The notes beneath the pieces are model-generated. The model saw only the letters and a program-made list of their open reading frames with translations, did not search any database and was not told the origin of the DNA. A stretch of DNA of 64,000 bases. Source: a candidate division LCP-89 bacterium (lineage in GTDB: Bacteria; Electryoneota; B3-LCP). Of the stretch, positions 18,587 to 28,960 are shown one piece after another (within the stretch, counting starts at the first letter, position 1; every line of letters starts with the position of its first letter). The stretch is taken from the NCBI GenBank assembly GCA_025774555.1, contig JALGVT010000004.1:12013-76012 (forward strand), in the 5' to 3' direction. Position numbers and translations under genes: made by a program.

Positions 18587-20842
18587 ATGAAAAAATCCAT
18601 CAGGAGGCAGCGTAAGAAAACGAAGTCGTTCGACGCTGAACGTCTGCATGAAGTGCTCGGGTTGCTGTTGGCGGCTATCGGGTTATTGACTCTTCTCGCT
18701 TTGATTACCTACCAGGGTGAGCCGGAATTTGGCGGGAATCTGCTGGGCAGTCTCGGCGCGTATCTATCCTGTTACCTCGTGCAGTTTATCGGGCGTTTTC
18801 CCGCCTATGTATTCCCACTACTTCTCTTCCTCTGGTCTGCGTCGGTTTTCTTCAGTTGGAAAAAACTGCGCACTCTCCTTCATAGCGCTTATCTCTTTTT
18901 AGCAGCTTTCTGGATATCCTTCACTATCAGCCTCTTCGAAGTAAAAGACCCGATTTCAGAGCATGCGGGTTGGATCGGTGTTGTTTTCGGATCGTTGTTG
19001 CGCCGGCTGATTGGGGAAGTCGGCTCTTGGATCTTGTGGACGCTTGTAGTGTTGATTGCGCTGGTTCTGTTCCTGCGATTAAAACCCTCTGAGATCATCA
19101 AACAATCTGGAATCTGGCTGAAAGCTGTTTCTAAATGGTTGTGGGATCACAGACCGAAAAAAGCTCCGAAATTTCGAATTCGCCGCAGCAAGGTCCAGGA
19201 TGTCCACACTGCGCCGCCCGATTTGGAGGATCAGGGAGAGTCCAAACAGGAAGCGCTTCCGACTGACGAGGATCTATTCACTATTGCAGAAGCGCATAAA
19301 CCTGCTGAAAAGGCAAATGGACAGATCGTTGAAGTTAAAAAGGACACCAGAGAGTATCAGCTTCCGCCTCTAAGCCTGTTGGATGATCCCCAGCCTGAGT
19401 CCCCTGATGCGCCTGAAGAATTGAAGGCAAAAGCCAAAAGACTGCAGGAAGCATTGTTCGATTTCGGTGTGGGCGCTAAGGTTGTCCGGGTCAATCCCGG
19501 ACCTGTCATCACGCGGTTCGATCTCGAACCTGATCCCGGCGTTAAAGTCAACCGCATCAGCAATCTTGCAGACGACCTTGCATTGGTATTACGAGCACGC
19601 GCTATCCGAATTCAGGCTCCGATCCCCGGTCAGGGAGCGGTGGGAATCGAAATTCCAAATCGAAAGCCATCGATTGTATCGTTGAAGGGAGTGGCGCAGG
19701 ATCCATCATTCTCCGATTTATCCTCGCCGTTGTCCTTAGCGCTTGGATCTACGGCTTCCGGCAGACCCTATATATCCGATCTTTCGAAGATGCCACATCT
19801 GTTGGTGGCTGGGACGACCGGTTCAGGTAAATCGGTCTGTTTAAATGCGATTATCGCAAGTCTGCTGATGCGTAACCCTCCCGCACGTCTGCAATTTGTT
19901 ATTATCGATCCGAAGAAGTTGGAGCTTTCGATTTACGCCAGGCTTGCCAGGCATCATCTCCTGACGACGGATGATTTGGATGAAGAAGTCATTACTACTC
20001 CGGCAAACGCCGTCCGCATCTTCGGTGGTGTTGAACTTGAAATGGCGCGACGATATGACATGCTGGCTGCTGCGGGAGTTAGAAATATCGAGGAGTTCAA
20101 TCAGTTGGCTGATGAGGGCAAGGCGGTCACGCTTGAAGGGGAAAAACTCAATCCGTTGAGTTACCTGGTTGTCGTGGTTGACGAGCTTGCAGACCTGATG
20201 TTGATCGCCGCTAAGGAGGTCGAAGAACCGATTGCGCGGCTGGCGCAGATGGCGAGAGCTGTCGGGATTCACCTGATTGTTGCAACGCAGCGCCCCTCGG
20301 TGGACGTCATAACCGGTGTGATCAAGGCGAATTTCCCTGCGCGTTTAGCTTTTCAAGTGGCATCCAAAACCGATTCGAGGACCATCCTTGACTGCAACGG
20401 AGCGGAAGCTCTCCTGGGCAACGGCGACGCCCTGTTTATCCCGCCCGGGCGAGGGCAGCCTGAACGAATTCATTGCTGCTTCATAGGCCATAAAGAGATA
20501 GAAAAGATCGTGTCTTTCATCGAGGATCAACCTCACGATTTCTTCCGATCCCCGCTGGTTATTCCGAAGCCTGAAGGGATTATGATGGGGAATGGTGAAC
20601 TTAACGGAGACCGGGATGAGTTCTTCGATGACGCCGCGCGCATGGTCGTCCATCAGGGACAGGCTTCTGTTTCCATTTTGCAGCGGAGGTTGAAGATCGG
20701 CTACGCTCGCGCAGGACGCTTGATCGACCAGTTAGAACGCGCCGGAATCGTAGGACCTTTTGACGGGTCGAAAGCGCGCGAGGTCTTGGTCGATGAAAAT
20801 GAACTCAATTCCATGACCGGCGATACCCCGCCGCCCTTATAA
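18587..20842 (+). CDS. ftsK: DNA translocase FtsK
   Basis: It has N-terminal TM helices, a linker, Walker A GTTGSGKSVCLN, VVVVDELADLM and a C-terminal gamma domain. Confidence 0.9.
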   Translation: MKKSIRRQRKKTKSFDAERLHEVLGLLLAAIGLLTLLALITYQGEPEFGGNLLGSLGAYLSCYLVQFIGRFPAYVFPLLLFLWSASVFFSWKKLRTLLHSAYLFLAAFWISFTISLFEVKDPISEHAGWIGVVFGSLLRRLIGEVGSWILWTLVVLIALVLFLRLKPSEIIKQSGIWLKAVSKWLWDHRPKKAPKFRIRRSKVQDVHTAPPDLEDQGESKQEALPTDEDLFTIAEAHKPAEKANGQIVEVKKDTREYQLPPLSLLDDPQPESPDAPEELKAKAKRLQEALFDFGVGAKVVRVNPGPVITRFDLEPDPGVKVNRISNLADDLALVLRARAIRIQAPIPGQGAVGIEIPNRKPSIVSLKGVAQDPSFSDLSSPLSLALGSTASGRPYISDLSKMPHLLVAGTTGSGKSVCLNAIIASLLMRNPPARLQFVIIDPKKLELSIYARLARHHLLTTDDLDEEVITTPANAVRIFGGVELEMARRYDMLAAAGVRNIEEFNQLADEGKAVTLEGEKLNPLSYLVVVVDELADLMLIAAKEVEEPIARLAQMARAVGIHLIVATQRPSVDVITGVIKANFPARLAFQVASKTDSRTILDCNGAEALLGNGDALFIPPGRGQPERIHCCFIGHKEIEKIVSFIEDQPHDFFRSPLVIPKPEGIMMGNGELNGDRDEFFDDAARMVVHQGQASVSILQRRLKIGYARAGRLIDQLERAGIVGPFDGSKAREVLVDENELNSMTGDTPPPL

Positions 20843-20910
20843 AACAATAAAAAATACTGGCATATAATTGGAAAATTTTGCATATTATTGTCGGTTGTAA
20901 CTTCTAAGTA

Positions 20911-21651
20911 TTGAAAATAAACGAAATAAGCAGAGCTTTAACTAAATTAAACCCTGAGATTCAAAGAAACTTGATCACGCTTTATAAGAAATATCCCTTT
21001 AGGATTGGCAGTATTTTGCCGGTCATTTTGTTTTTCTGCGTGATTTTCTTGCATTTTGAGGCTTCTGCCGGCAAAGGCGAGGATATTATCCAGAGAGTAC
21101 AGAAAAAATTTGAGGAGTTGAAATCCCTATCCGCTCATTTTGAAGTCAGTTATGAAGTCGGTGGATCAGATCAGGTTCATCACGAAGCGGGAAGCCTGTT
21201 CATGGACGATGAGGGACGTTTTCGCACCGAGACTTCACAGCAGATAGTTGTCAGCGATGGCGTAACCCTCTGGATGTACGACCTTATCGAGAAACAGGTC
21301 ATCGTCAGAAACCTGACCGACGGCAGCGAGGATATAATTACACCTCAGCGGCTTCTTTACGATTATCCAGATAACTATAGCATTGATAAAATTGAAAATA
21401 CAAATTACGCCGGTTTAGAATGCAAGCTGCTCTCGATGCTGCCAAAGCAGGAAACAGATCCAACCCGCAAACTGTTGGTCTGGATCGATAAAGCTGAGCA
21501 TCTTACGCGTAAATTCTTGATAGAAGATCTGGCTGACAACATTACAACTTTCGAATTTGAAGCGTTTGAACTTGGGGGGACGCTGCCATCAGGGACATTC
21601 CAATTCACACCGCCGGACAGCGCTGAAATCATTGATATACGCGATAAATAG
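20911..21651 (+). CDS. LolA-like outer-membrane lipoprotein carrier/sorting protein
   Basis: It has a signal/TM segment and a LolA-like beta-barrel profile (...F.Q.......G.L....GRFR.E.....VSDG.TLW.YD...). The TTG start is uncertain. Confidence 0.6.
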   Translation: MKINEISRALTKLNPEIQRNLITLYKKYPFRIGSILPVILFFCVIFLHFEASAGKGEDIIQRVQKKFEELKSLSAHFEVSYEVGGSDQVHHEAGSLFMDDEGRFRTETSQQIVVSDGVTLWMYDLIEKQVIVRNLTDGSEDIITPQRLLYDYPDNYSIDKIENTNYAGLECKLLSMLPKQETDPTRKLLVWIDKAEHLTRKFLIEDLADNITTFEFEAFELGGTLPSGTFQFTPPDSAEIIDIRDK

Positions 21652-21711
21652 AGTGCGATTCAACCATCTGATGCATCGGCACGCCGGTTTTTTCTTTCCA
21701 TAGAATACAGT

Positions 21712-22788
21712 ATGAAACTTAAAATTGCAATCGGACTGTTTCTGAGTCTGTTTTTTATTTATCTTTCCTTCTGGAGCCCGAATTTCAGCGCTCTGTTTCA
21801 TGGAGAAAATGTTTTTGATGCTTTCTTCAGCGAGACTCGAATAAATTTGAATGAGTTAGGAACAGTACTGACAGAAGCGCATTATTTATGGCTGCTTGTC
21901 GGTGTGGGACTGCTTATCCTGAGTCTGTTTTCCAGAGCCCAGCGCTGGCGGATTCTGATTAAACCGGTTCATAAGGATATCCGTTACTGGCCCGTCTATT
22001 CCGCCATGAATATCGGCTATATGATTAACAACATCCTGCCGCTGCGCATGGGGGAAATACTACGCGCTTATTTCCTCGGTAAAGCCGAAAATATCAGCAA
22101 GTCATCCGTGCTGGCAACCATCGTTGTTGAAAGAATTGTTGATCTTCTGGCTGCTTTGGCGTTGCTTGGCGTAACCATTTTCTTCTTCCCATTTCCTGAC
22201 TGGATACGTAACGGTCTCTTCTATATAGGAGGAGGCGTATTACTCTTAATCTTCTTCCTGGTTGCTCTGCTTATCAATACCACATTGACCCTCCGTTTCC
22301 TTCGGTCAATATTAAAGCCCTTGCCGACGAAAATCGTCGATCGAGTTATAAGTATAGTAGAGTCATTTACTTCCGGACTTGAAGTTATGCGCAGCTCCCG
22401 GCACTATCTATCAATAATCGGTCATACTTTTCTGCTTCAAGCGTGTTATATCCTGAGCGTTTTTGCCACCCTGCTGGCGTTTGATCTGGTTACCCCTGAA
22501 TATCCTGCAATTCAGGCGAACCCGCTGCTGGCTTCAGTCGTATTATTAATAATAATTACAATCGGCATCGGAGTGCCATCTGCCCCCGGAGCTGTGGGAA
22601 CGTTCCATGGGATCGTTGCATTCGGCGTTTCACTCTTTGGCGTGCCTGCTGAAAAAGCGATGGGCATGGCAATTGCCCTGCATCTCGCTAACTATATCCC
22701 CATGACCGGTCTCGGCTTGATCTGTTTCTGGGCACAACATTTCAAATTCTCTGAGGTTAAGGATCAATTATCCAGCAGAGGTTCTTGA
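21712..22788 (+). CDS. UPF0104/LPG-synthase-TM-like (flippase-like) membrane protein
   Basis: A 358-aa polytopic protein. The motif RA.RWR.L... is typical of this family. Confidence 0.65.
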   Translation: MKLKIAIGLFLSLFFIYLSFWSPNFSALFHGENVFDAFFSETRINLNELGTVLTEAHYLWLLVGVGLLILSLFSRAQRWRILIKPVHKDIRYWPVYSAMNIGYMINNILPLRMGEILRAYFLGKAENISKSSVLATIVVERIVDLLAALALLGVTIFFFPFPDWIRNGLFYIGGGVLLLIFFLVALLINTTLTLRFLRSILKPLPTKIVDRVISIVESFTSGLEVMRSSRHYLSIIGHTFLLQACYILSVFATLLAFDLVTPEYPAIQANPLLASVVLLIIITIGIGVPSAPGAVGTFHGIVAFGVSLFGVPAEKAMGMAIALHLANYIPMTGLGLICFWAQHFKFSEVKDQLSSRGS

Positions 22789-22816
22789 GAACTTAATCTA
22801 AATCAATATCGACTAC

Positions 22817-23548
22817 ATGATAGACATACATACACACATCTTACCTGATCTCGATGATGGTCCCGACAATATAGAGGAATCATTGGCTTTAGCCAGAGTG
22901 GCATTCGAGGCTGGCACGAAAATGCTTGTCGCAACGCCTCATGTTCTAAACGGTTTGGATATGAATCAGAGCATGCAGATTGTAAAACGTTTCAACCAGT
23001 TCAAAGCGCGGTTAAAGCAGGATCTGCCCGAACTGGAACTGATGCTCGGCAGCGAGATTTATTTCCGCCCTGATCTAGCCGGTATAGCTCATCTCGATGT
23101 GGCAACGATTGGAGCAAAAGGCAGATACATGCTGGTGGAGTTTTCACTGGTGGACATCCCTAAAGGATTTGACCGGGAACTCAAGAACATTCGCAGCAGT
23201 GGGATTGTTCCGATTATAGCTCATCCGGAGAGAAACGCCGCAGCTATCAAGAGACCCGCGCTGGTGCGGCAGATGATGGATTGCGGCGCTTTAATACAGA
23301 TGAATGCGGGCAGTTTGACCGGCTCTTTCGGACGAACCGTCAGAAATATGGCTCGCAATTTGCTTAAGAGGGGGTGGGTTCACGTTATTGCTTCAGATTC
23401 ACACGGTATAAACCATCGTGGTCCAGGTCTGCAAGCGGCAGTTTCCGCCGCAGCAGAGATCATCGGGGCGGCGAATGCCCGCCGCCTGGTGGTGGAAAAC
23501 CCGCGAATCATTGTTGAAGGATTGCCGTGGACTGATAATAAGGTTTAA
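22817..23548 (+). CDS. CpsB/CapC-type (PHP family) protein-tyrosine phosphatase
   Basis: It starts MIDIHTHILPDLDDGP and has the later motifs ATPH, AHPER and SD.HG. Confidence 0.8.
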   Translation: MIDIHTHILPDLDDGPDNIEESLALARVAFEAGTKMLVATPHVLNGLDMNQSMQIVKRFNQFKARLKQDLPELELMLGSEIYFRPDLAGIAHLDVATIGAKGRYMLVEFSLVDIPKGFDRELKNIRSSGIVPIIAHPERNAAAIKRPALVRQMMDCGALIQMNAGSLTGSFGRTVRNMARNLLKRGWVHVIASDSHGINHRGPGLQAAVSAAAEIIGAANARRLVVENPRIIVEGLPWTDNKV

Positions 23549-23572
23549 GAAGTTACCATTTGGGGGAGTACG

Positions 23573-25876
23573 ATGTACGAAGAGCGCGAGGGTTCAATCA
23601 ATTTAGGCGAATACTTGCGAATTGTCCTGCGAGGACGCTGGATTATTTTAATCAGTTTCCTTCTTGTTCTGGGGACAACAACCTATTTTACCTATAAAAT
23701 GGAGCCTTTATATCAGGCTTCTACAACCGTCATGATCGAGGATAAGGGCAGACTCGAGCAGTATGCTTTCGGTTTGTCCGGGTTGATGAATGCTGCGACC
23801 ATGATCGCAAACCAGGTTGAGGTACTTAAAAGCCGCACCCTTGCCGAGAGGGTCATGTATAAATTGGCAGCATCACCCTATCGCGATAATCTGGAGATAT
23901 TATCTGAATTTACAGAGACAGGCAAACCGATAAGCTACGAAAGCAAGCTATCCGTCTTGCGAAAATCGATTGCCGTTGAACCAATTATCGATACTGATAT
24001 CATCGTTATTAAGGTCAATGCCAATTCCTCCTTCGAATCGGCATATTTAGCCAACGTCTTAGCAAACGAATACTATTCGATGAGTCTGGAGTTCTCAAGG
24101 GAGGAATTCGGTGAAGTGCGCAAATTCCTCGAGACGCAGCTCGACAGCATCCGCATGAAACTGGCGGTATCTGAAGAGGAACTGAAGGAATATAAGCTTA
24201 CCCATAAGCTGGTTGCACTTGATGCGGAGACTGTCAAGCTCGTTGAACAGACGGCAATGTTCAGAGCCCATCTCAATGAAGCTGAAGCAGAACTTGGTGA
24301 ACAGCAGCAGGTGATGGAAAATCTGAAGAGTAAGTTGGCTGAAACCAAGTCCAACCTGGTTGATGACATTCAAAATATCTCTTCTCCATTGGTTTTGGAA
24401 CTACAGAATGCCATTGCTGAAAGACAAGCTCTGATTGCCAATCTGATAGCAAAATCTTCACCCGGTTATGAACTCGTCATCAAGGATATTGAGCGCGAAA
24501 TTGACGAAGCGAAACGCACCTTGATGGAAGAGACACATAAGATTGCAATTTCCGGGATGACTTCCATTGATCCCCTGAAAACATCTCAGGATCTTTTCGA
24601 TAAAATATTACAAGCTGACATCAATATCAAATCCCTTGAAGCGAGAAGAAGCGCCTTACTTAAGGTTGTGGAAGCGTATGAAATTCAATTGGATGCTATT
24701 CCTGAGAAGAACCTCGAAATTGTACGCCTGATGCGCCAGGCTGAGCTCAACGAGAAGATATTCCTGCTGCGTAGCCAGAAATACGAAGAGTCACGCATTG
24801 CTGAGGCAGGCAAAACTGCCAACGTCCGCATCCTTGATCCTGCCATCCCCCCACAAAAGCCGATTAAGCCGAATAAAGAGTTGAACATCATGCTTGCCAT
24901 CTTTTTCGGGCTGGGATTGGGCATAGCGATTTCGTTCGTTATAGAATTGATGGACAGCTCTATACGCACAGTCGAGGATCTCGAAAAACTCGGTATAAAT
25001 ATACTGGGCACAATCCCGACTATCGACCCGGAAGAGATCGCTAAACGGATGAAGAAGCGGGGGCAGAAACTTAGTCTGGAAGACCGTGAACGCATCAATT
25101 CCAAAATGATCACCAACTTCTCGCCAAAATCTCCCGTCTCTGAATCCTTCAGATCACTGCGTACGAATATCCTGTTTGCCAACATTGACAAACCGGTTAA
25201 AACCCTGGTGATCTCTTCATCTGCAACCAAAGAAGGGAAATCGACAACTGTCGCCAATCTGGCGATTACGATGGCTCAGACGGGGAGCCGCGTTTTAATC
25301 ATCGACGGCGATCTGCGCCGCCCGACGATGCACAACTTCTTCAACCTTGACAGGCAGATTGGGCTGACGAACGCCCTGATGGGCACCTACACGCTCGATG
25401 AAGTAATCAAGCCTACCGGTGTGGATAATCTGGATTTAATCACAGCAGGTGACATTCCACCGAATCCATCCGAACTGCTATCTTCAAAGGCAATGCGCAA
25501 AGCGTTGTCCATCCTGTCAACACGATACGATTTGATCTTGATTGATTCTCCACCGGTCATAGCGGTGACCGATGCTGCCGTATTGTCAACCAGAACGGAT
25601 GCAGTTCTGCTGGTTGTCTCTTCAGGGTACGTTTCCCGACATGAGGTACTGCGCGCTATTCAACTTCTGTCTAACGTTCATGCCAATCTCCTCGGTATGC
25701 TGCTGAATGGTCTGGACGTAAAACGGATCTATGGCTCGTATTACTATTACTACCACTACTACCAGTACTACTACTATTATGGTTCTAAGGGCAAAGGGCG
25801 GAAGAGCCGCAGAGAAGTAGTTGAGGCATTGGAAGATACTCCGCCGAAAAACCTTAAAGTAAGTGAGGGCGCTTGA
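23573..25876 (+). CDS. polysaccharide co-polymerase / BY-kinase (Wzc/GumC-like tyrosine autokinase)
   Basis: It has a Wzz-type N-terminus, a coiled coil, a second TM segment, Walker A SSSATKEGKST, IIDGDLRRP, LIDSPP and a C-terminal Tyr cluster YGSYYYYYHYYQYYYYYG. Confidence 0.85.
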   Translation: MYEEREGSINLGEYLRIVLRGRWIILISFLLVLGTTTYFTYKMEPLYQASTTVMIEDKGRLEQYAFGLSGLMNAATMIANQVEVLKSRTLAERVMYKLAASPYRDNLEILSEFTETGKPISYESKLSVLRKSIAVEPIIDTDIIVIKVNANSSFESAYLANVLANEYYSMSLEFSREEFGEVRKFLETQLDSIRMKLAVSEEELKEYKLTHKLVALDAETVKLVEQTAMFRAHLNEAEAELGEQQQVMENLKSKLAETKSNLVDDIQNISSPLVLELQNAIAERQALIANLIAKSSPGYELVIKDIEREIDEAKRTLMEETHKIAISGMTSIDPLKTSQDLFDKILQADINIKSLEARRSALLKVVEAYEIQLDAIPEKNLEIVRLMRQAELNEKIFLLRSQKYEESRIAEAGKTANVRILDPAIPPQKPIKPNKELNIMLAIFFGLGLGIAISFVIELMDSSIRTVEDLEKLGINILGTIPTIDPEEIAKRMKKRGQKLSLEDRERINSKMITNFSPKSPVSESFRSLRTNILFANIDKPVKTLVISSSATKEGKSTTVANLAITMAQTGSRVLIIDGDLRRPTMHNFFNLDRQIGLTNALMGTYTLDEVIKPTGVDNLDLITAGDIPPNPSELLSSKAMRKALSILSTRYDLILIDSPPVIAVTDAAVLSTRTDAVLLVVSSGYVSRHEVLRAIQLLSNVHANLLGMLLNGLDVKRIYGSYYYYYHYYQYYYYYGSKGKGRKSRREVVEALEDTPPKNLKVSEGA

Positions 25877-25904
25877 CCCTTATCCTTAAGGAGAACGAGT
25901 AACT

Positions 25905-26774
25905 TTGATCCATCTAGAGGGGGGGGGACGCCAATTTAAGTTAACAGCCAGGGCGAAGGTCAACATAGGACTTCACATTCTGGGGGAACGCCCTGACGGA
26001 TATCACGAGATCTGGACTATCTTTCAGCAGGTAAATCTCGCCGATGAGATTCTGTTGAAAGAGAGTTCAGATCTCTCTTTTTCAGTGGAAACCGATCTGC
26101 TCGGTATTCCGGATGATGATACCAACCTCTGTATGAAAGCAGCGCATTTGCTGCGTCAAGAAACCGGATGCGATAAGGGAGCTGCCATCACCTTAAAAAA
26201 GATTATCCCGCCGGGATCCGGGTTGGGAGGGGGATCATCCGACGCAGCTGCGACTCTTACCGGTCTGAACCGGCTATGGGAGACTGGTCTGAAGCGCACA
26301 TCTCTTTTAGAACTGGCGTCTAAACTCGGTTCAGACGTGCCTTTCTTTATTGCTGGAGGATGTTGTATTGGCACCGGCAGGGGAGAAGTATTGCATCCTA
26401 TCGACCCGGTAATAATTGACCCTATAGTATTGATCTGCCCTGAAGTAAAAATATCTACGAAATGGGCTTATAAAAACATAAAGAATTATCACTTGACTTC
26501 CAGAAGTCAAATTGTTATCTTTCAAGATTCATTGCGGAAAAGTTTTCAACAATTACATTCGCATACAGCCTTTACTAACGACTTCGAACCGCTGGTATTC
26601 GCATATCACCCATCCCTGAAGGCGCTAAAGGAAGCTCTGATCAAGCACGGCGCTTATTATGTTTCTCTATCAGGGAGCGGATCCTCGATATTCGGAGTAT
26701 TTAGTTCTACCCGGATTGCTAAGGAGGCAGTTACCAAGATGGAGGCAGTTGGGGCGACTCTATACCTCGGGTAG
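25905..26774 (+). CDS. ispE: 4-diphosphocytidyl-2-C-methyl-D-erythritol kinase
   Basis: AKVNIGLHILGERPDGYHEI and the GHMP motif PPGSGLGGGSSDAAA are present. Confidence 0.9.
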   Translation: MIHLEGGGRQFKLTARAKVNIGLHILGERPDGYHEIWTIFQQVNLADEILLKESSDLSFSVETDLLGIPDDDTNLCMKAAHLLRQETGCDKGAAITLKKIIPPGSGLGGGSSDAAATLTGLNRLWETGLKRTSLLELASKLGSDVPFFIAGGCCIGTGRGEVLHPIDPVIIDPIVLICPEVKISTKWAYKNIKNYHLTSRSQIVIFQDSLRKSFQQLHSHTAFTNDFEPLVFAYHPSLKALKEALIKHGAYYVSLSGSGSSIFGVFSSTRIAKEAVTKMEAVGATLYLG

Positions 26775-26829
26775 TATAAGGAATAACGGTCAGCGAATTG
26801 ATTATATCTACCTGCCCCGGGAGGTTTTG

Positions 26830-27123
26830 ATGGAGCTAACAGAAATTAACATTAATTTACGCGATGAAGAAAAGCTAAGAGCTTTCGTCAACATCACTTT
26901 TGATGATGTGTTCGTGGTGCGTGGCTTAAAGATTATTCAGGGGAATAAGGGGCTTTTCGTCTGTATGCCCAGCAGGAAGCTGACAAATGGAACATACAAG
27001 GATATTGCCCATCCAATAAATAATGACTTTCGCCAGCAGATTGAATCGATGATCCTTGATAAATATCAAAAAGTGCTGGAGAAGCCGGAACTACAGGATA
27101 GTCCTGATCCGATCATTACCTGA
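26830..27123 (+). CDS. spoVG: septation/regulatory protein SpoVG
   Basis: MELTEININLRDEEKLRAFVNITFDDVFVVRGLKIIQG.KGLFV.MPSRK...G.Y.DIAHPIN is typical SpoVG. The longer ORF from 26659 overlaps ispE, so the ATG at 26830 is preferred. Confidence 0.9.
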   Translation: MELTEININLRDEEKLRAFVNITFDDVFVVRGLKIIQGNKGLFVCMPSRKLTNGTYKDIAHPINNDFRQQIESMILDKYQKVLEKPELQDSPDPIIT

Positions 27124-27140
27124 GATATTTCAATAACTAG

Positions 27141-27212
27141 TGGGGCGTAGCCAAGTGGCAAGGCACGGGGTTTTGGTCCCCGCATTCGGAGGTTCGAGTC
27201 CTTCCGCCCCAG
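27141..27212 (+). tRNA. tRNA-Gln (anticodon TTG)
   Basis: TGGGGCGTAGCCAAGTGG...CACGGGGTTTTGGTCCCCG...GGTTCGAGTCCTTCCGCCCCAG folds as a cloverleaf. The anticodon loop is TTTTGGT. Confidence 0.85.
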
Positions 27213-27294
27213 CAACTTGTTTGCACCTTTGATCACTATATATCTATAGTTAAAGTACATCACAATAACGGTAATAGCTAAACAGCAATTAATC

Positions 27295-28227
27295 GTGAAA
27301 GTATTTACAGGATCCTCGAATCCAGCGCTAGCTAACAAGATCGCTGAATATCTCAATACGCGTCTGGGCGATTGTGAACTGAAGAAGTTCTCCGATGGGG
27401 AGATCTACTTTAAATACAACGAGAATATCAGAGGATGCGACGTCTTCCTGGTTCAATCCACGCAGCCACCAGCCGCACATCTGATGGAACTCTTGATAAT
27501 GCTCGATGCAGCAAAGCGTTCTTCGGCAAAGAGAATCACCGCGGTTATTCCATATTTCGGGTATGCTCGGCAGGATAGAAAGGATCGTCCCCGAGTTGCA
27601 ATTACCGCTAAACTCGTCGCTGATTTGCTGGCAACGGCAGGCGCTGACCGGGTTTTAACAATGGATCTGCATGCCGCTCAGATTCAGGGATTCTTCAATG
27701 TTCCATTCGACCATTTATATGCCTCTGCGATTCTAATTGACTTCTATAAAATGAAGGCGATAAATGATCTCGTCGTTGTTTCACCGGATATCGGATCGAT
27801 GAAGACGGCGCGTGCCTACGCGCAGTTCCTCGGAGGCACCCTGGCTGTCGTCGATAAACGTCGTCCGTCCCAGAACGTATCCGAAGTAATGAACGTCATC
27901 GGCGATGTTGATGGGTGCAATGTATTAATGGTGGATGATCTGGTCGATACTGGCGGATCGATTACGCTGGCTGCCGAAGCTGTAAAGAACAAGGGCGCAA
28001 AGAATATATATGCCTGCTGTACACATGGAGTGCTTTCGGGCAATGCCGTGGAAAAAATTGAGAAATCGCCTATCCGTGAATTCGTAATCACCGATACCGT
28101 ACCTTTACGCTCTGACATAAAAAGCAAGAAGTTTAAGGTGCTGACCGCATCCCGAATCATCGGTGAATCGATGCGGCGCATCTTCAATGAGGAATCAATT
28201 AGTTCACTATTTGTCAATCAACGATAG
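27295..28227 (+). CDS. prs: ribose-phosphate pyrophosphokinase
   Basis: GTG start. IPYFGYARQDRK and the PRPP-binding loop VDDLVDTGGS are present. Confidence 0.95.
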   Translation: MKVFTGSSNPALANKIAEYLNTRLGDCELKKFSDGEIYFKYNENIRGCDVFLVQSTQPPAAHLMELLIMLDAAKRSSAKRITAVIPYFGYARQDRKDRPRVAITAKLVADLLATAGADRVLTMDLHAAQIQGFFNVPFDHLYASAILIDFYKMKAINDLVVVSPDIGSMKTARAYAQFLGGTLAVVDKRRPSQNVSEVMNVIGDVDGCNVLMVDDLVDTGGSITLAAEAVKNKGAKNIYACCTHGVLSGNAVEKIEKSPIREFVITDTVPLRSDIKSKKFKVLTASRIIGESMRRIFNEESISSLFVNQR

Positions 28228-28241
28228 AGCAAAGTATAGAA

Positions 28242-28937
28242 ATGGATAAAAACGTACTGAATGCGCAACTGAGATCTAACAGTGGGAAAGGGGTAGCTCA
28301 TAAGCTTCACGCCAATGGAATGCTGCCCGGTGTTTTCTACCTTGGAAATAAAGTAAATCAGCCGATCCAGCTTAACAGCCACGAGTTGCAACTGGTGTTG
28401 AAGCAAAAGCCCAGCATCATCATGTTGAAGTTAGATGATGGATCTGATTACGAATGCGTTATCCGTGATTTGCAGAAAGACCCCGTAACTGGGGATAATC
28501 TGCACATCGATTTAATGGGAATCGTACGCGGTCAGAAGATGACTGTTCAGGTTCCTGTTGAACTGGAAGGATCTGCGTATGGAGTGCGGACGCAGGGCGG
28601 CATTCTTCAACAGCTGATTCACAATATAAATGTGGAATGTCTTCCCAAACACATCCCCGAAAAGGTTGTTCTTGTCATTGATGAACTGAGTATAGGTGAT
28701 TCGCTGCGCGTCAGCGACATCGATGTTGAAAATGTCCGTATCCTCGATGATCTTGAGATGACGGTCGCTACTGTCCAGCCGCCGAGAGTCGAGATAGAGG
28801 CTGTCGAAGAGGAAGAGGTTGAAGGCGAAGAGGTTGAAGGCGAAGAGGCTGAAGGCGAAGAGGCTGAAGGCGAAGAGGCTGAAGGCGAAGAGGCTGAAGG
28901 CGGCGAAAAGAAATCCAAAAAAGAAGGCAAAGAATAG
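28242..28937 (+). CDS. ctc: 50S ribosomal protein L25 / general stress protein Ctc
   Basis: It has the L25/Ctc N- and C-domains and lies between prs and pth as in Firmicutes. The acidic tail carries EGEE(V/A) repeats. Confidence 0.9.
   Translation: MDKNVLNAQLRSNSGKGVAHKLHANGMLPGVFYLGNKVNQPIQLNSHELQLVLKQKPSIIMLKLDDGSDYECVIRDLQKDPVTGDNLHIDLMGIVRGQKMTVQVPVELEGSAYGVRTQGGILQQLIHNINVECLPKHIPEKVVLVIDELSIGDSLRVSDIDVENVRILDDLEMTVATVQPPRVEIEAVEEEEVEGEEVEGEEAEGEEAEGEEAEGEEAEGGEKKSKKEGKE
28806..28905 (+). repeat. tandem 15-nt repeat (GAAGGCGAAGAGGYT, about 6 units) inside the ctc 3' end
   Basis: The unit recurs head to tail and is read directly. It encodes (EGEEV/A)n. Confidence 0.85.
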
Positions 28938-28960
28938 GTTCAGACTGTATTCTGATATAA

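Noticed and set aside
26659-26829. An N-terminal extension of the spoVG ORF.
   Set aside because: It overlaps the 3' end of ispE by more than 100 nt and has no SpoVG similarity. The canonical MELTEINI start at 26830 has a GGAGG-like site upstream.
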